Origin: an uncultured Draconibacterium sp.
GTDB taxonomy: Bacteria > Bacteroidota > Bacteroidia > Bacteroidales > Prolixibacteraceae
Assembly (NCBI GenBank): GCA_963677235.2
Contig: CAXXPP010000004.1
Span: 1,505,888 to 1,569,887, forward strand
Direction: 5' to 3'
DNA: 64,000 nucleotides
Position 1 is the stretch's first letter; each line of letters opens with the position of its first letter. The position numbers and the translations under genes were made by a program. The notes below the pieces were generated by a model. That model was not told where the DNA came from, did not search any database, and saw only the letters and a program-made list of their open reading frames with translations. Below are positions 47,744 to 59,764 of the stretch, piece after piece.

Positions 47744-49270
47744 TTATTTCTGAATCATCCACATTGTTTCAGTGACCTCATCTTTTCCTCCATACTGATC
47801 GGAGATAGCTTTTGATACATTGTCAAAATTATAGTCATACTCACGTTGTGGATACATCCATCTTAATGGTAATTTATCTGAAACTGGATTTTTATTTGTT
47901 TCCGGATTGATCGGCAAATCAGGAAAACCTGTTCTTCTATAATCGAAGTAAATATTCCAATCGTTTTGCAAATACGAAGCTAAGAATTTCTGCAAAATAA
48001 TTTTTTCCACTTGCCCTTCTTCATCAATAGGTAATTGAATTTCCGGTTTTTCTAAATAACTACTAATATATTCTGGCGTAATAGGCATATTATGAACCCA
48101 TTTTGTCGGTGTAACATTCATCCTGTTTTCCATTGAGGCTTTTATCCCTTCCAGATAATAACTACTTGGTTCTTTATCTATCCATCCTCTGGCTGCAGCT
48201 TCGGCCAGAATAAATTGAAGATCATGATACCCTAAAATAATATAAGGTATTCCCTCTGGAATTTCATGGTCGTAATATAACTTATTAGTTAGTGAAACAT
48301 TTTGAGTGGAATAGATGTCAATGTTCTGCTGATTTGGAGCAGAAGGATCCAATCCTTTGTATGAACTAAACTCAGTTTCTATTTTACCGATGATTGGATC
48401 CGCATAATAAAATAAACGATAATCTTCATACTCCTTTAGTTTATCCACCAAATAGGATGACATAACAGCATATTGCTCCATACCATTTGCATAAAATGGT
48501 TTGTATTCGCCTTCTTTGTCATTGTAAACAACAGCAAAATTATCTAAATTAGAATTGAACAAAGGAAAGTCATTGGGGCTATCCAGTACTGATCTGAAAC
48601 GAGTAACAAGGTCTAAATCAGAATCATTACTTTTCACCGACAGATTAATTAATACATTTAAATAGAATGTATTTGTCAACTTCCGCCATTTTGATGCATT
48701 CCCATTATAGAAAATATCTCCATTAATATTTTCGTTATCCAATTCCGCCTCCTTAAAAAGTTGAGAAGTAGCAAGCAATTCATCTAAAATTGAAATCATT
48801 ATTTGCTTTTGTGTATCGTAAACCGGGGTGTAATTCCCCTCTTCAACTTGCAATCCTTGAGAATATGGAATATCTCCCACCGAGGCAGATAAATAAAAGA
48901 GTTTGTAACATTTCACAAATTTCCCTATTGCTTCAAACATACGCACATTATCACCAGAATTTAATGCTGCAGCATTCATTCGATTGATATTCTCTAAAAC
49001 GATATAATCAGAGAAGTCTGTTCGTGTAAAAACATTATACTGATAATTTGCTGCAGTCCCTTCTGTCCAAACAATTTGCTTAGCAGCCAGGGGGGCAAAC
49101 ATAAAATCTTTCTCATGCAGAGGTAAAAATGAAAGCTCCACTCCTGTTAACAACATTGATGCATCACCAGCAGTTGTTGCATCCGGATTAGTGTTAATTT
49201 CGTCAAAGTCGGAACACCCTGATATTATAATAACGAAAATAAGTATTAAAAGTATTGATAGTGGTTTCAT
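47744..49270 (-). CDS. susD: SusD/RagB family lipoprotein
   Basis: Lipobox SGC, INTNP, GDIPYS, AEAAARGW, RRTGFP, RWMYP. Confidence 0.9.
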   Translation of the reverse strand: MKPLSILLILIFVIIISGCSDFDEINTNPDATTAGDASMLLTGVELSFLPLHEKDFMFAPLAAKQIVWTEGTAANYQYNVFTRTDFSDYIVLENINRMNAAALNSGDNVRMFEAIGKFVKCYKLFYLSASVGDIPYSQGLQVEEGNYTPVYDTQKQIMISILDELLATSQLFKEAELDNENINGDIFYNGNASKWRKLTNTFYLNVLINLSVKSNDSDLDLVTRFRSVLDSPNDFPLFNSNLDNFAVVYNDKEGEYKPFYANGMEQYAVMSSYLVDKLKEYEDYRLFYYADPIIGKIETEFSSYKGLDPSAPNQQNIDIYSTQNVSLTNKLYYDHEIPEGIPYIILGYHDLQFILAEAAARGWIDKEPSSYYLEGIKASMENRMNVTPTKWVHNMPITPEYISSYLEKPEIQLPIDEEGQVEKIILQKFLASYLQNDWNIYFDYRRTGFPDLPINPETNKNPVSDKLPLRWMYPQREYDYNFDNVSKAISDQYGGKDEVTETMWMIQK

Positions 49271-49280
49271 AATTATTCAC

Positions 49281-52200
49281 TTAAAATTTTAATTTGAGAT
49301 TATATCCTATAAAACGCTGAGAGGGTGAAGGAACATTACCTGTTCCACCGTCCGGGTCGTCAAAACGAAACTCTTTTGTCCACATAAGCAGATTGTTCCC
49401 AACCAGGCCAATACTTCCCCCCGACAGCCCCAATTTTTGTGCAAAAACTGCAGGAAGATTGTATGAAATTGACAATTCACGGAGTTTCACAAAAGTTTCA
49501 TCAAGGTAAAATTCGCGAACACCTATTCCGTTTCCATAACCACTAAAAGTTTTCATATATTCTGTATAAGGCACTTTTATGTCATTTTCAGCAAATACAC
49601 GCGTATCTTCAATAATCTTCCCAGAGGCATCGCGTACCAGTGAACCTTCCAAAAGCTTTACCCCGTTACCAATATAATTGATAGCACCATTTACCACCTC
49701 ATCGTAGCGCCATTGATTGTCACTGTCCGGGTGCGAACCTGCAGCCCACAATCCATATTCTGTATTTGAATATGTCATACCTCCTACACGACCATCAACG
49801 GACACCATTAGTGACCAGTTTTTGTAGTTAAATTCGTTCAACAATCCCCAAAAGAAATCAGGTTCACTACAGCCGATTTTTTCTGCGTTATAATCGCTTT
49901 GTTTTGGCATTCCATCTGCTCCGTGTACAATTCGCCCATTAGGATCCCGCTCCCAATCTTTCGTAGTTACATAATCGTATCGAGCTCCCTCTCTCACGTA
50001 ATACCTATTTACCGAATAAACGGGATCAAGTTCTTTAAAAAACCAATGGTTGAAAGAACCATTTATTCCTACTTCCCATTTAAATTTATTTCGCCTTATT
50101 GGAACTCCTTTTATTGTCAACTCCATACCGCGCTGCACCCACGATTCATTAGTATTAGTTTTTTTAGAACTAAATCCAGTAGCATCAGAAATTGATGCGC
50201 TAACCAGGTTGTTATACTGTAATTTATTAAAGTAAGTATAGTCGAAGCTCAATCGGTTTTTGAACAATCGAATATCGGTCCCTATTTCATAAGTCCTGTC
50301 AGTTTGCGGCTTAACATTTTGATCGCGTATTGTTGATGTATAGGATTCTGAGTTATATCCCCCCATGCAGCTACGTCAACATTGTAAACTTCATTTAAGT
50401 CGTAGATGCCCAAATCGTTTTTTGACAATGTCCAGGCTCCTCTTATTTTAAACAAATCTATTATCTCTGGAAGTTGGACGAATTCAGAAACGAGAGCACT
50501 AAGCGCAGCTGAGGGATAAAAATAAGACCTTGACGAACTCGGCAATGTTGACGACCAGTCATTCCTACCCGTCAAATCCAAATACAAAGCATTTCTATAT
50601 GAGATAGAAATCTTTCCGTATAAACTGTTTAATTGCTTCTTTTCAACAGAACTTGAAGAAGTAACAGGATCGACAGAAGCATTCAGTGAATAATATTCAG
50701 GAATCGAAAGTCCCCCATTTGTTTGAGAGTGTATGTCCCTGGATTGGTAATAGTTCAAAGAACCTCCGGCCAAGGCATCAATTCCAAACGAATTAAATGT
50801 TTTATCAAAGGTCAAAACTAAGTCATTGTTAACATCCATGTAATAATTCTGTCCGATTTCAAATAATCCATTTTCACTTCGATTATAACTAATTGCTTGT
50901 CTATGGGAATATCGGTTTGTGTAAGTATTTATACCACTTCTCAAAAGCACGTTTATTTGTGAGGTCAGTTTATAATTCGCGGAAAAGGCTCCATTGTTAA
51001 CATCAATAGACCGGGGTCTCAAATCTTCATTTGCGATGAAGTATGGGTTGTTATACCAATCTGTTTGATAGTACTTCTGTTCTTTTCCTTTAACTTTCCA
51101 ATAGTCCTTCCAGTCTCGGATATCCATATCTGCCCCATTCCACAATATCAACTGATAAATGTATGAACCTCCTCTTCCGTAACCAGTGTTAGGCTCGTTC
51201 GGAGTTTCCCGTTTTGAGAACATCCAAGAAGCATCAAGGGAAAACTTGTCACTAACTTTAATGTTTGTACCAATATTGAAAACATACTTGTTTGCTCTTG
51301 TATTTGGTGCTTGCCCTTTATTATACATATGAGAAAGAGATGCGCGTATACTCCCAATTTCACCGGACTGAGAAACGCTTACGTTGTTGTTTGCAACAAT
51401 GCTTTCACCCAAAAAATTCTTCAAATTATCATGTCCTTTTGAAATCAAGGGGGTCTCCACATCACTTAATTCACCTGTAATCGGATCTACTTGCCTAGCT
51501 GTTTGGCCAATATCCAATTTGGGCCCCCAAACGAATTGGCCGTTAAACAAAGCCTTGTTCCCCGTTCCTGTTCCATATGCAGTTTGACTGGTCGGAATCC
51601 TTAAATAACCAATACTTGACATAACACTGCTGTTTACTTCTATCACGGATTTATCTCCTCCTCCATTCTTTGTAGTAATCATTATTGCACCATTTCGGCC
51701 TCGATCTCCATATAAAGCCGAAGCAGTTGCTCCTTTTAGAATGCTAATATCAGCAAGGTCCTCTGAAGAAAAATCGTTTAATGAGACATTCGGAGCCGGA
51801 ACCCCATTTACAACAATTAAAGCGTCTTCTCCACGTAGTTTCACCGTCGATGATCTGAAAAATTCAGTTGTATTTTCAATCATTAATCCGGCAGCTTTAC
51901 CCGTAAGACTACTGGTTATACTCGTATTTTGTACTTTAGTAAGAAGTTCAGGAGATATTTTTTGAACCGAGTACCCTAATGATTTCTCCTCTTTCTTGAT
52001 ACCTAAGGCAGTAACTATAACATCATTGATACCTATTGTTTCTTCCTTCATCACAACGTCAATGTATGATTTACCGGAAACGGCAACTTCCAGGGTTTTC
52101 ATTCCAACAAAAGAAAATTGCAATATTACATTTTCAGGAATATCAGTTAACGAATATTCTCCTTCAGGATTGGTTACTGTTCCATGAGTAGTGCCTTTTA

Positions 52201-52657
52201 CCACTACCGTTACACCAGGAAGGGACTGTCCGTTAGTGTCTGTTACCTTCCCTGAAACTGTTTTTTGTTGACTGCCATCTGATTTATCAATTGTTGTAAG
52301 CAAAACCTGACGATCATTAATACTATATGTTATTCCTGTACTTTCGAAAAGTTGATCGAGGACATTTTTTATAAGTTGGTTTTCGCAATCGACACTTTTT
52401 CTTTGACTGACATTAATTCTTGATGCATCGAACATAAAATAGAACTCGGATTGCTCTTCAATTTCTTCCAAAATGTTGACAATTGTTTCGTTTTTTACAT
52501 CAAGACTTAACCGTTTATTTTGTGCATAACTTTCGAGCGCAAACGTTTGGGTTATTGTAATCAAAATTAATAATGCAACAATCCTCATTCTTTTTAAAAA
52601 TTTGGATTTCCAGATTTTACATATTCCGGAAATCAATCCATAATGATTTTTTTTCAT
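49281..52657 (-). pseudogene. susC: SusC/RagA TonB-dependent receptor split by a 1-nt frameshift
   Basis: The N-part (STN, LPGVTVVVKGT, LKGATASALYG) and the C-part (49281-50366) are joined if G6 at 50359-50364 is read as G7. This may be a sequencing error. Confidence 0.8.
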
Positions 52658-52822
52658 AAATTTGTTTTGATTTGGATTATTTAATAATTCAAGTTGTTTT
52701 TGCCTCTGGAGTTGGTCACTGCGAGGCAATAATAAAGCAAGAGGGAGATGTTAACAGCATCTCCTTTTTAGTAATTGTTTTAGTTCATATCATAAGCATA
52801 GATTTTTAATTTATACAATTCA

Positions 52823-53839
52823 TTATTTTTTTGAAATGATTATTTCGGGTTTAGCTTCTTCCTCATAATTATGTATTAGTTTACAATGGACATCGCAAAC
52901 AATTTCTATATACCTGAAAATTTCTTCGTAGCTTTCATTTTGAATTGTTCCTGAGAAAATAGAGTTAAACACTTCTTCATCGACAACTTCAATATTGATG
53001 TTATACCATCGTTTTAGTTTTTCAATTACATTTTTCATTGATTCGTTACGAAAGATAAGTTTCCCATCTTTCCAGGATGAATATATGGCAGCATCGGTAT
53101 AATTTATTGTTAATGCATTATTGACAATGTTATAAGTTGCTTTTTCTCCGGGTTTCATGGTATAACTAAAGGACTCGGAGCCATTGTGTGCTAACTCCAC
53201 TTTCCCCGATTCAAGCACTACAGCAATCTTATCGTTTTCAGGATATGCATCTACATCAAATTTTGTCCCCAATACCCTTACGATCAAACCATTTGTTTGT
53301 ACTGAAAAAGGGCTAGTCTCGTTGTGGAAAACCTGAAAGAAAGCTTGTCCGTTTAAGGTAACCGTTCTATTTTGCTCAGAAAAGTTACTGGGATAAGAAA
53401 GTGTAGTGCCTGAATTTAACCAAACTATTGAACTATCGGGTAAAACGACCTTAGATCGTTGTCCATTTTCGGTAATAAAAGAAGTATATGATAACTTTTG
53501 AAAAGTATCGGTACGCCTAAATTGCTGTTTGTTTGTATAATAAATTGTGGTGAGGCTGATAAGAAAAACAACTATAGCTGCATATTTAAAGACAGTTTTC
53601 AGGGTTGTATTTAATCTCCTTTTCTTCCCTGAAATTTTATCATGAATCTTCAGGTATGCATTTTCAATTTCATAATCGTTCAATTTTCTCGTTGACGATA
53701 GAAATGCCCAGGAAATTTTAACCTTTTTGAATACTTCTTTGTTTTCCTTTTTATCGCATATATCAGCAATAACTTTTTTCTTTTCTTCACGGGACAAATT
53801 TCCTGTAACCAGCTTTAATATGTCTTCAAAGTTTTCCAT
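52823..53839 (-). CDS. fecR: FecR family anti-sigma factor
   Basis: LPDSSIVWLNSGT, VLGTKF, SWKDG; start moved from 53869. Confidence 0.88.
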   Translation of the reverse strand: MENFEDILKLVTGNLSREEKKKVIADICDKKENKEVFKKVKISWAFLSSTRKLNDYEIENAYLKIHDKISGKKRRLNTTLKTVFKYAAIVVFLISLTTIYYTNKQQFRRTDTFQKLSYTSFITENGQRSKVVLPDSSIVWLNSGTTLSYPSNFSEQNRTVTLNGQAFFQVFHNETSPFSVQTNGLIVRVLGTKFDVDAYPENDKIAVVLESGKVELAHNGSESFSYTMKPGEKATYNIVNNALTINYTDAAIYSSWKDGKLIFRNESMKNVIEKLKRWYNINIEVVDEEVFNSIFSGTIQNESYEEIFRYIEIVCDVHCKLIHNYEEEAKPEIIISKK

Positions 53840-53933
53840 GTATATTATAAATAAACCATGAAACAGCATTTACCCCCAGTAATGCTTTATTTTTTTATAT
53901 TTTTTTTTGCGTCTTTATATAAAAGACTAAAAA

Positions 53934-54521
53934 TTAAATAACAAACAGATAGGCTACTAAGGGTAAATAATCTTTCAAAGCAACTTTGAAGGTTTTAATT
54001 CCTTTCGAAATGTGTTTTTCTACTGTTTTTATGGAAATATTGAGTTCTTCTGCAATTTCGCGGTTTTTCATTTCCTGAAACCTGCTGAGCTCGAATACTT
54101 TTCTGCATTGTGGGGGCAAGCTTGCTAAAGTTTCCTGTATTATTTGTTCAATATCTTTGAAGGCACATACAGATGTATCAACAGTTGACAACGTTTCTAC
54201 ATTTAAATCCAGCTCACCAACATCTATTGCATTAGAAAACAACTTTTGGTTGTACTTTTTTTCCCGTAATTTTTTTAGGGCATTATTCTTTGCTACAGTA
54301 AAAAGATATGAAGTAATATTTGAATCGTCTTTTAATTGGTTGCGCTTGTTCCACAACGTGACAAGAGTATCCTGAACAATATTTTCTACAATGTCTTTAA
54401 AAGGAATAAACTCAAATACGAAATAATACAACTTTGAATAAAAGTCATTAAAAAGAACTTTGAAAGCAGCTTCATCGCCATGTCTTAACCTCTCTAAAAG
54501 TTGTTGTTCGTTTTTGTTCAT
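53934..54521 (-). CDS. ECF sigma-70 factor
   Basis: GDEAAF, VQD..LW, LPPQCRKVFELSR, EIAEELNISIKTVEKH. Confidence 0.92.
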   Translation of the reverse strand: MNKNEQQLLERLRHGDEAAFKVLFNDFYSKLYYFVFEFIPFKDIVENIVQDTLVTLWNKRNQLKDDSNITSYLFTVAKNNALKKLREKKYNQKLFSNAIDVGELDLNVETLSTVDTSVCAFKDIEQIIQETLASLPPQCRKVFELSRFQEMKNREIAEELNISIKTVEKHISKGIKTFKVALKDYLPLVAYLFVI

Positions 54522-54974
54522 AAGTTCTTGTATGCTGGAGCAAAATTAGAAAAATAAACATAACAACGTAAATCGGATACTCCTGTTAACTCCAATTTTA
54601 GGTCGTCAACGCTATAATTCACATTGATAGTTTTAAGACGATAACAAGCATCCAGGGTATTGCTATATATCTTACTCAATCACTTTTAACATTTTTTGAT
54701 TTCCCCTCTACTGCTGTTTTGCTAAGTTCCAAGATTCTTTATCCACAAACAATACTGTAGATAATTTCATCCTTCTTTTTTATACGTTACTCTTACATAA
54801 ATAGGACAATTTTCATCTTGATTATGAAGGACAGATTGTAAATCGGGGCTTATTTCACCTTTAATCAACAAAAAAAACTAAACAATAAAATTCTTATTTA
54901 ATTACTCACAGCCTACCAAACAATCACATCCAAACCTTAAAACTCATACGTTCAGGCTTGTTCATCAAAGGAAA

Positions 54975-55727
54975 CTATATTTTTAGCTTAACTTTGCAAG
55001 TTCCTTTTTTATGAAAAAAGCTGCGATATTTTTCTATACAAGCTTTAGAAGGATTACTCTTAGGCAACCTTGAATCCATCTCAATTCCTAATTTTAAATA
55101 CTTTGAGATGCCCATAGTATGCCAAGGAAGAATGTCTATTTGCATTAATGACGGATATCTGCTTTCCATCTCGGCAATTGCCAGCAAATGTCCTTCTTGA
55201 TCATTCACCCCGGGAATCAATGGACACCGTAGAATAACATTGGCATTATTTTCCAGCAGAAATTCTAAATTCTCCAGAATTTTATTTAGCGGTTTTCTGG
55301 TTAACTCCAAATGACACAATGGATTTGTTGCCTTATAGTCAAATAAATACAGATCTGTAAAAGACAGCGTCTTTTCAACGATTGTTCTATCTGCATAACC
55401 CGAAGTATCCAGCACAGTGTGTATGCCTGCCTTTTTCAATTCCTTCAAAAGCGTTAGCGTGAATAACGGCTGCATCAAAGGTTCACCTCCCGATATGGTC
55501 ACCCCTCCTCCACTTTGAACATAGTATGCAACATCCTTTTTACACTCTGTTAGGATTTCTGAAAGCTCCATGCTCCTCCCATTAACTTGTTCGGCATTCA
55601 AGTGTTGAGTTTCAGGATTGTGACACCAGATGCATCGAAGAGGACAACCTTGCAGAAAAACGGTTGTACGAATTCCCGGCCCATCTACCACTGAGGTTCT
55701 GTGTATGTCAGAAATTATTCCTTTCAA
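54975..55727 (-). CDS. Glycyl-radical enzyme activating protein (radical SAM)
   Basis: DGPGIRTTVFLQGCPLRCIWCHNPE, GGVTISGGEP; no ferredoxin insert. Confidence 0.9.
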   Translation of the reverse strand: MKGIISDIHRTSVVDGPGIRTTVFLQGCPLRCIWCHNPETQHLNAEQVNGRSMELSEILTECKKDVAYYVQSGGGVTISGGEPLMQPLFTLTLLKELKKAGIHTVLDTSGYADRTIVEKTLSFTDLYLFDYKATNPLCHLELTRKPLNKILENLEFLLENNANVILRCPLIPGVNDQEGHLLAIAEMESRYPSLMQIDILPWHTMGISKYLKLGIEMDSRLPKSNPSKACIEKYRSFFHKKGTCKVKLKI

Positions 55728-55738
55728 ACCAGTTGATA

Positions 55739-57970
55739 TTATAAATGCTCGGTGCGAGAAAGCACTTCCATCTGTGTTGCTCTGTCCAAGTCAATAAATC
55801 TTGCTGAAAATCCCCCTACACGAACCAAAAGGTTTGTATACTTTTCAGGTTTTTCAAGAGCTGCAATTAAATCATTCCGATTAGTAATTGTAATCATCAT
55901 TTGTGTCCCTCCGCTTTGAAAATATGTATTAAATAATGCATGGTACATGTCTTTATTTTTTATCGGGAAAGCGGATGATAGTTTAACGTTATGCACTGCT
56001 CCGGCATGGATGGATGGAGTTGGCTTTGTCTGTGAATTGAGAAGAGCTGTCAGTCCATTTCTATCACTTCCAGCACTAGCCGAATTTCCCGGGGCCAATG
56101 GATCTCCATGATTTCTTCCATCAGCTGATGCTGAGGTTTGTTTTCCCCATAACGTATTGTGATTGTTATTGATAATGACCACCAAAAAATGATGAAGTCC
56201 TGTATTAATTATTGAATCCCGAGTTCCTTTACAAACATGATTGTGCACGCGCATCTGCATGCTATCAGCAATATCATTATCGTTTCCAAATTTTGGAGTT
56301 TCCTTGAATGCTCTTTGCATTGTTTCGAACCCTTTCCAGTTAGCTTCCAATGCTGTCAGCAATTCATCTGCCGAATATTTTTGCTGCCTGTAAACTAATT
56401 GATTAATCGCAGTCAGACTATCCGCAGTATTATTATTTCCGTAGGTTTCATTGGTACCTCCAAGAAACTCAATCCCCCCGTCAAATATTGAACGCCCTTT
56501 TTCTAAGCAGTTATCATACAGAGCACTTATAAGGGAGAAAGGACATTCCTGACCGGTAACTTCGTAAATTTGATACTGAGCCAGAGCTCCAACCTCAAGA
56601 AAATAATCTACCGTTTTCTCGTATGCATTCCAGAGTTTCTCAAAATTATCATACACTTTAATCGAGCCATAGTTAGGTGCGTACTGAATTCCGCTACTGA
56701 TAGTTCTTCCATTATTCATTGCCAACTCCAGGCACATCTGCAGATTTATAATAAAATTAGGAGTTCCACAACTACGGTTTTCAATCATATATTCACCGCA
56801 GCCAAAAGGAATACATTGCTCAGCGGTCTGTCTGTTAATCTTAAACGCTTTTTCAACAGCAGGCACATTTACATCATCATTGTAAAGCATCGGAAATGTT
56901 TTTCCTTTCCCAATGATGTCATACGCCTTATTTATTAGCTCTTCATTTTGTCCCTGATAAAAGCGCAGGGTTAATTGAGGCATCGGGAGGTTTAACCTTT
57001 CGGTGGTTTCCATAGCCAACATTGCAAATTTATCGGCCGCCGTTTCGTTTTCTCTTCCCAGTCCACCAATAATGATACGTCCGTCAAAATGCCAGGTCTC
57101 TTCTTCAATAATGGTATAAAAATTTTGCATCAGTTCGAGTGCGTCTTCCCAGCCCATTCTTTTCGCCTTGAGATCATCTTCTAAAAGATTTCCTAAGACG
57201 GTATCCAAACGCCCAAAATTTATAACACCAGTAATGGTCTCCACAAGTAAAACCAATTGAAGCCCCTCATGAAAAGTCGCAGGAGCATGCTCTAACAAGC
57301 CTGACAAAGCATCGATCATTTTTACGCTCTTCTGAGATTCCGGCAATTTCTGAGCTTCAATAATGTAATGCTGTACACATTTTCTTATTCGCGTTACCGA
57401 ATGGAGAACACTTTGAAGAAAAGCAACGGATTCTGAATCAGTAGCACCATTGAGAAAACGAGTTACTTCTTCCCCTAAACCACCAATCCCCAAACGAACC
57501 AACTTCTTTAAATTGATTTGTAAGCCCGACATCCGATAGAGTGCATAGGCTGGATACTCTAAATTCTTCCCGCCGTCATACACACCCGGAATCCTTTTCC
57601 TGATTTCAGGTGAAAATGATTTTAAACACTTGGCTGCGGTTGTTTCAGTTAACCAAAACTTTTTTAATGTATTCCATTCCTGTAACTCTGCTTCTGAGTA
57701 TTTACACGTTGCATTCTTTCCCTCCCAACTTCCTGAGTCAAAATAAAAACCTAAACCTCCTACTTGGGGAGAATATCCTACTTCGGGATACAAACGCTTG
57801 CCACAAAGCAAATCAGTGCCTCGGGGAGATACCAAAACTTTAGGAAATTGAACATCCTCACAAAGCGATTCCCGCACATATTTGTTTTGTGCAGATCCGG
57901 CTTTGTAAGCTTTTGTGAATTCCCTGGCATATTCCAGACCTAATGTATCAACATCTCTATAAACTGTCAT
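55739..57970 (-). CDS. Glycyl radical enzyme (PFL-like family, function unknown)
   Basis: Cys loop PFGCGEY and glycyl loop LLVRVGGFSARF. Start is uncertain (track gives 58090). Confidence 0.85.
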   Translation of the reverse strand: MTVYRDVDTLGLEYAREFTKAYKAGSAQNKYVRESLCEDVQFPKVLVSPRGTDLLCGKRLYPEVGYSPQVGGLGFYFDSGSWEGKNATCKYSEAELQEWNTLKKFWLTETTAAKCLKSFSPEIRKRIPGVYDGGKNLEYPAYALYRMSGLQINLKKLVRLGIGGLGEEVTRFLNGATDSESVAFLQSVLHSVTRIRKCVQHYIIEAQKLPESQKSVKMIDALSGLLEHAPATFHEGLQLVLLVETITGVINFGRLDTVLGNLLEDDLKAKRMGWEDALELMQNFYTIIEEETWHFDGRIIIGGLGRENETAADKFAMLAMETTERLNLPMPQLTLRFYQGQNEELINKAYDIIGKGKTFPMLYNDDVNVPAVEKAFKINRQTAEQCIPFGCGEYMIENRSCGTPNFIINLQMCLELAMNNGRTISSGIQYAPNYGSIKVYDNFEKLWNAYEKTVDYFLEVGALAQYQIYEVTGQECPFSLISALYDNCLEKGRSIFDGGIEFLGGTNETYGNNNTADSLTAINQLVYRQQKYSADELLTALEANWKGFETMQRAFKETPKFGNDNDIADSMQMRVHNHVCKGTRDSIINTGLHHFLVVIINNNHNTLWGKQTSASADGRNHGDPLAPGNSASAGSDRNGLTALLNSQTKPTPSIHAGAVHNVKLSSAFPIKNKDMYHALFNTYFQSGGTQMMITITNRNDLIAALEKPEKYTNLLVRVGGFSARFIDLDRATQMEVLSRTEHL

Positions 57971-58070
57971 TTTTCTGTGTTCATTTTTAAGTTCGTTTAT
58001 CCAGCAAAAATAATCGGTCAAAAACGACTTTAAATTCGATAAATTCAATTGAGACTCATATAACGACCAG

Positions 58071-59744
58071 CTACAGCCTCTGGTTATCATCCAACAATCT
58101 CTTTCTTAACTCATCATATGATATCTCCTGCACACCCATTTGATTATCAATTGCCAAACTGGCTGCTGTAGCTGCAGACTGCCCCAATACCATAAAAACT
58201 GGTTCCATCCTGATGGATCCAAAAGCGATGTGTGTTGCACTTAAACAAACAGGCACTAGTAAATTGAGACACTCATCTTGTTTAGGAATAATTGCACGAT
58301 AATCAATTGGGTAAGGTCCAAATCCACCAACCTCTATATTTCCTTCATTCTTTACAAAACCATTATTTGTAACATACCGTTGAACGTTATGAGAATCCAT
58401 CGTGTAAGCACCGAGCCCAATCGAAAGTTGAGCCGAAATAGAATCCTGGGTACAATGGTGTTGCGTCATCACATAATCGCTAACCATACGACGAGCTTCA
58501 CGAATGTACAATTGTGGCGACCAGTTACCTGATTCAATGTATTCGTCTCTTGGTAAACCCCATTTTTTAAATTCATCTCTAACTTTCTGAGGAATACGAG
58601 GATGATTTGCCAAGGTCCACAATAATCCCAACGAATAGTTTTTATGAGCTTCAATGATCGCCTCGCGTGTCTGATAATCTCCGTCTGGATATTCATAATT
58701 CATCCCGATATAATCAGATGAAAAGCAGCCATAGTTATTGGAGTCTGTTTTCCTGTTTGGCATTTTCGACATGATAAATAGCGGCCATAAATCTTCTTTT
58801 TCAAAAGCCCGAAACAATAGCTCATACTCTTGCTCATCGTAACGGGCTGGTTTTTTTATGGTAATTCTATTTTCAGGCAAATCAGTTAAGCACATCCGAA
58901 AACAATAGGCCTGTATCTTTTTGTCAGCACTGCCCTCTTCACCTGCTTCTTCAAAGACATTTTTAAGCAAGCCACTCTCCGGATCTCCTTCTATCAGATA
59001 TGGGTCTACTCCATCCTTAAATTGATGATGAGTCGCCCGTTCAGTTTGCACACCATTTAATGACTCACCATACTGATTGACGCTCTCCCTTCCATAAGTA
59101 TAAGATACTCCAGCTTTAGCCATCAAATCTCCTTCGTAGGTTGCATCAATAAACATTTTACCCAGAAAGACTTCACCATTCTCCATTTTAATTGAGACAA
59201 TTTTTCCTTTCCCTTTATTAATTCCTTCAATTAAATCGAGCCTATGACTATATCTAATATCAATATTTTCGGAGCCGATCATCTCTTGAAATACCGTTAA
59301 TGCGGCTGACGGCTCGAAGGTCCACATGGCATCTTCATTTTCTCCCGTTCTGGTTTGTCCTCCATCTTTATATTCCGATTGGTCCTGCCATTTCCAGTTA
59401 TCCGGATTGTCATAATACTTTCTGATATTTTGATAGAATTCCCGGGCAATACCACCAATAGCATGTTTTTTCCCAATATCGGTCTGCCCCAATCCCCCAG
59501 TTGTCAAGCCTCCTATTCTGTCTGACGGCTCGAGAACAATGACAGACTTGCCCATTCGTTTTGCCTGAATTGCCGCTACCAAGCCCGAAGAAGTGCCACC
59601 ATAGACAATGATATCTGCTTCATTCTTGTTTTCAACATGCTGACATGCTGTTAACAACAATATATAAAGCACTACAGTAACACAAAGCGAAAATTTGTAT
59701 TTGATTTTTGCAACTATACGATCCATTTTATAAAGTTTATTCAT
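58071..59744 (-). CDS. FAD-dependent oxidoreductase lipoprotein
   Basis: IIVYGGTSSG, GGLTTGGL, IDATYEGDL, YIREARR, GSIRMEP. Confidence 0.85.
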   Translation of the reverse strand: MNKLYKMDRIVAKIKYKFSLCVTVVLYILLLTACQHVENKNEADIIVYGGTSSGLVAAIQAKRMGKSVIVLEPSDRIGGLTTGGLGQTDIGKKHAIGGIAREFYQNIRKYYDNPDNWKWQDQSEYKDGGQTRTGENEDAMWTFEPSAALTVFQEMIGSENIDIRYSHRLDLIEGINKGKGKIVSIKMENGEVFLGKMFIDATYEGDLMAKAGVSYTYGRESVNQYGESLNGVQTERATHHQFKDGVDPYLIEGDPESGLLKNVFEEAGEEGSADKKIQAYCFRMCLTDLPENRITIKKPARYDEQEYELLFRAFEKEDLWPLFIMSKMPNRKTDSNNYGCFSSDYIGMNYEYPDGDYQTREAIIEAHKNYSLGLLWTLANHPRIPQKVRDEFKKWGLPRDEYIESGNWSPQLYIREARRMVSDYVMTQHHCTQDSISAQLSIGLGAYTMDSHNVQRYVTNNGFVKNEGNIEVGGFGPYPIDYRAIIPKQDECLNLLVPVCLSATHIAFGSIRMEPVFMVLGQSAATAASLAIDNQMGVQEISYDELRKRLLDDNQRL

Positions 59745-59764
59745 TGAATATTCTCATTACTAAA

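Noticed and set aside
55739-58090. Pyruvate formate-lyase (pflB)
   Set aside because: It has a single-Cys GCGEY loop instead of the adjacent CC pair.
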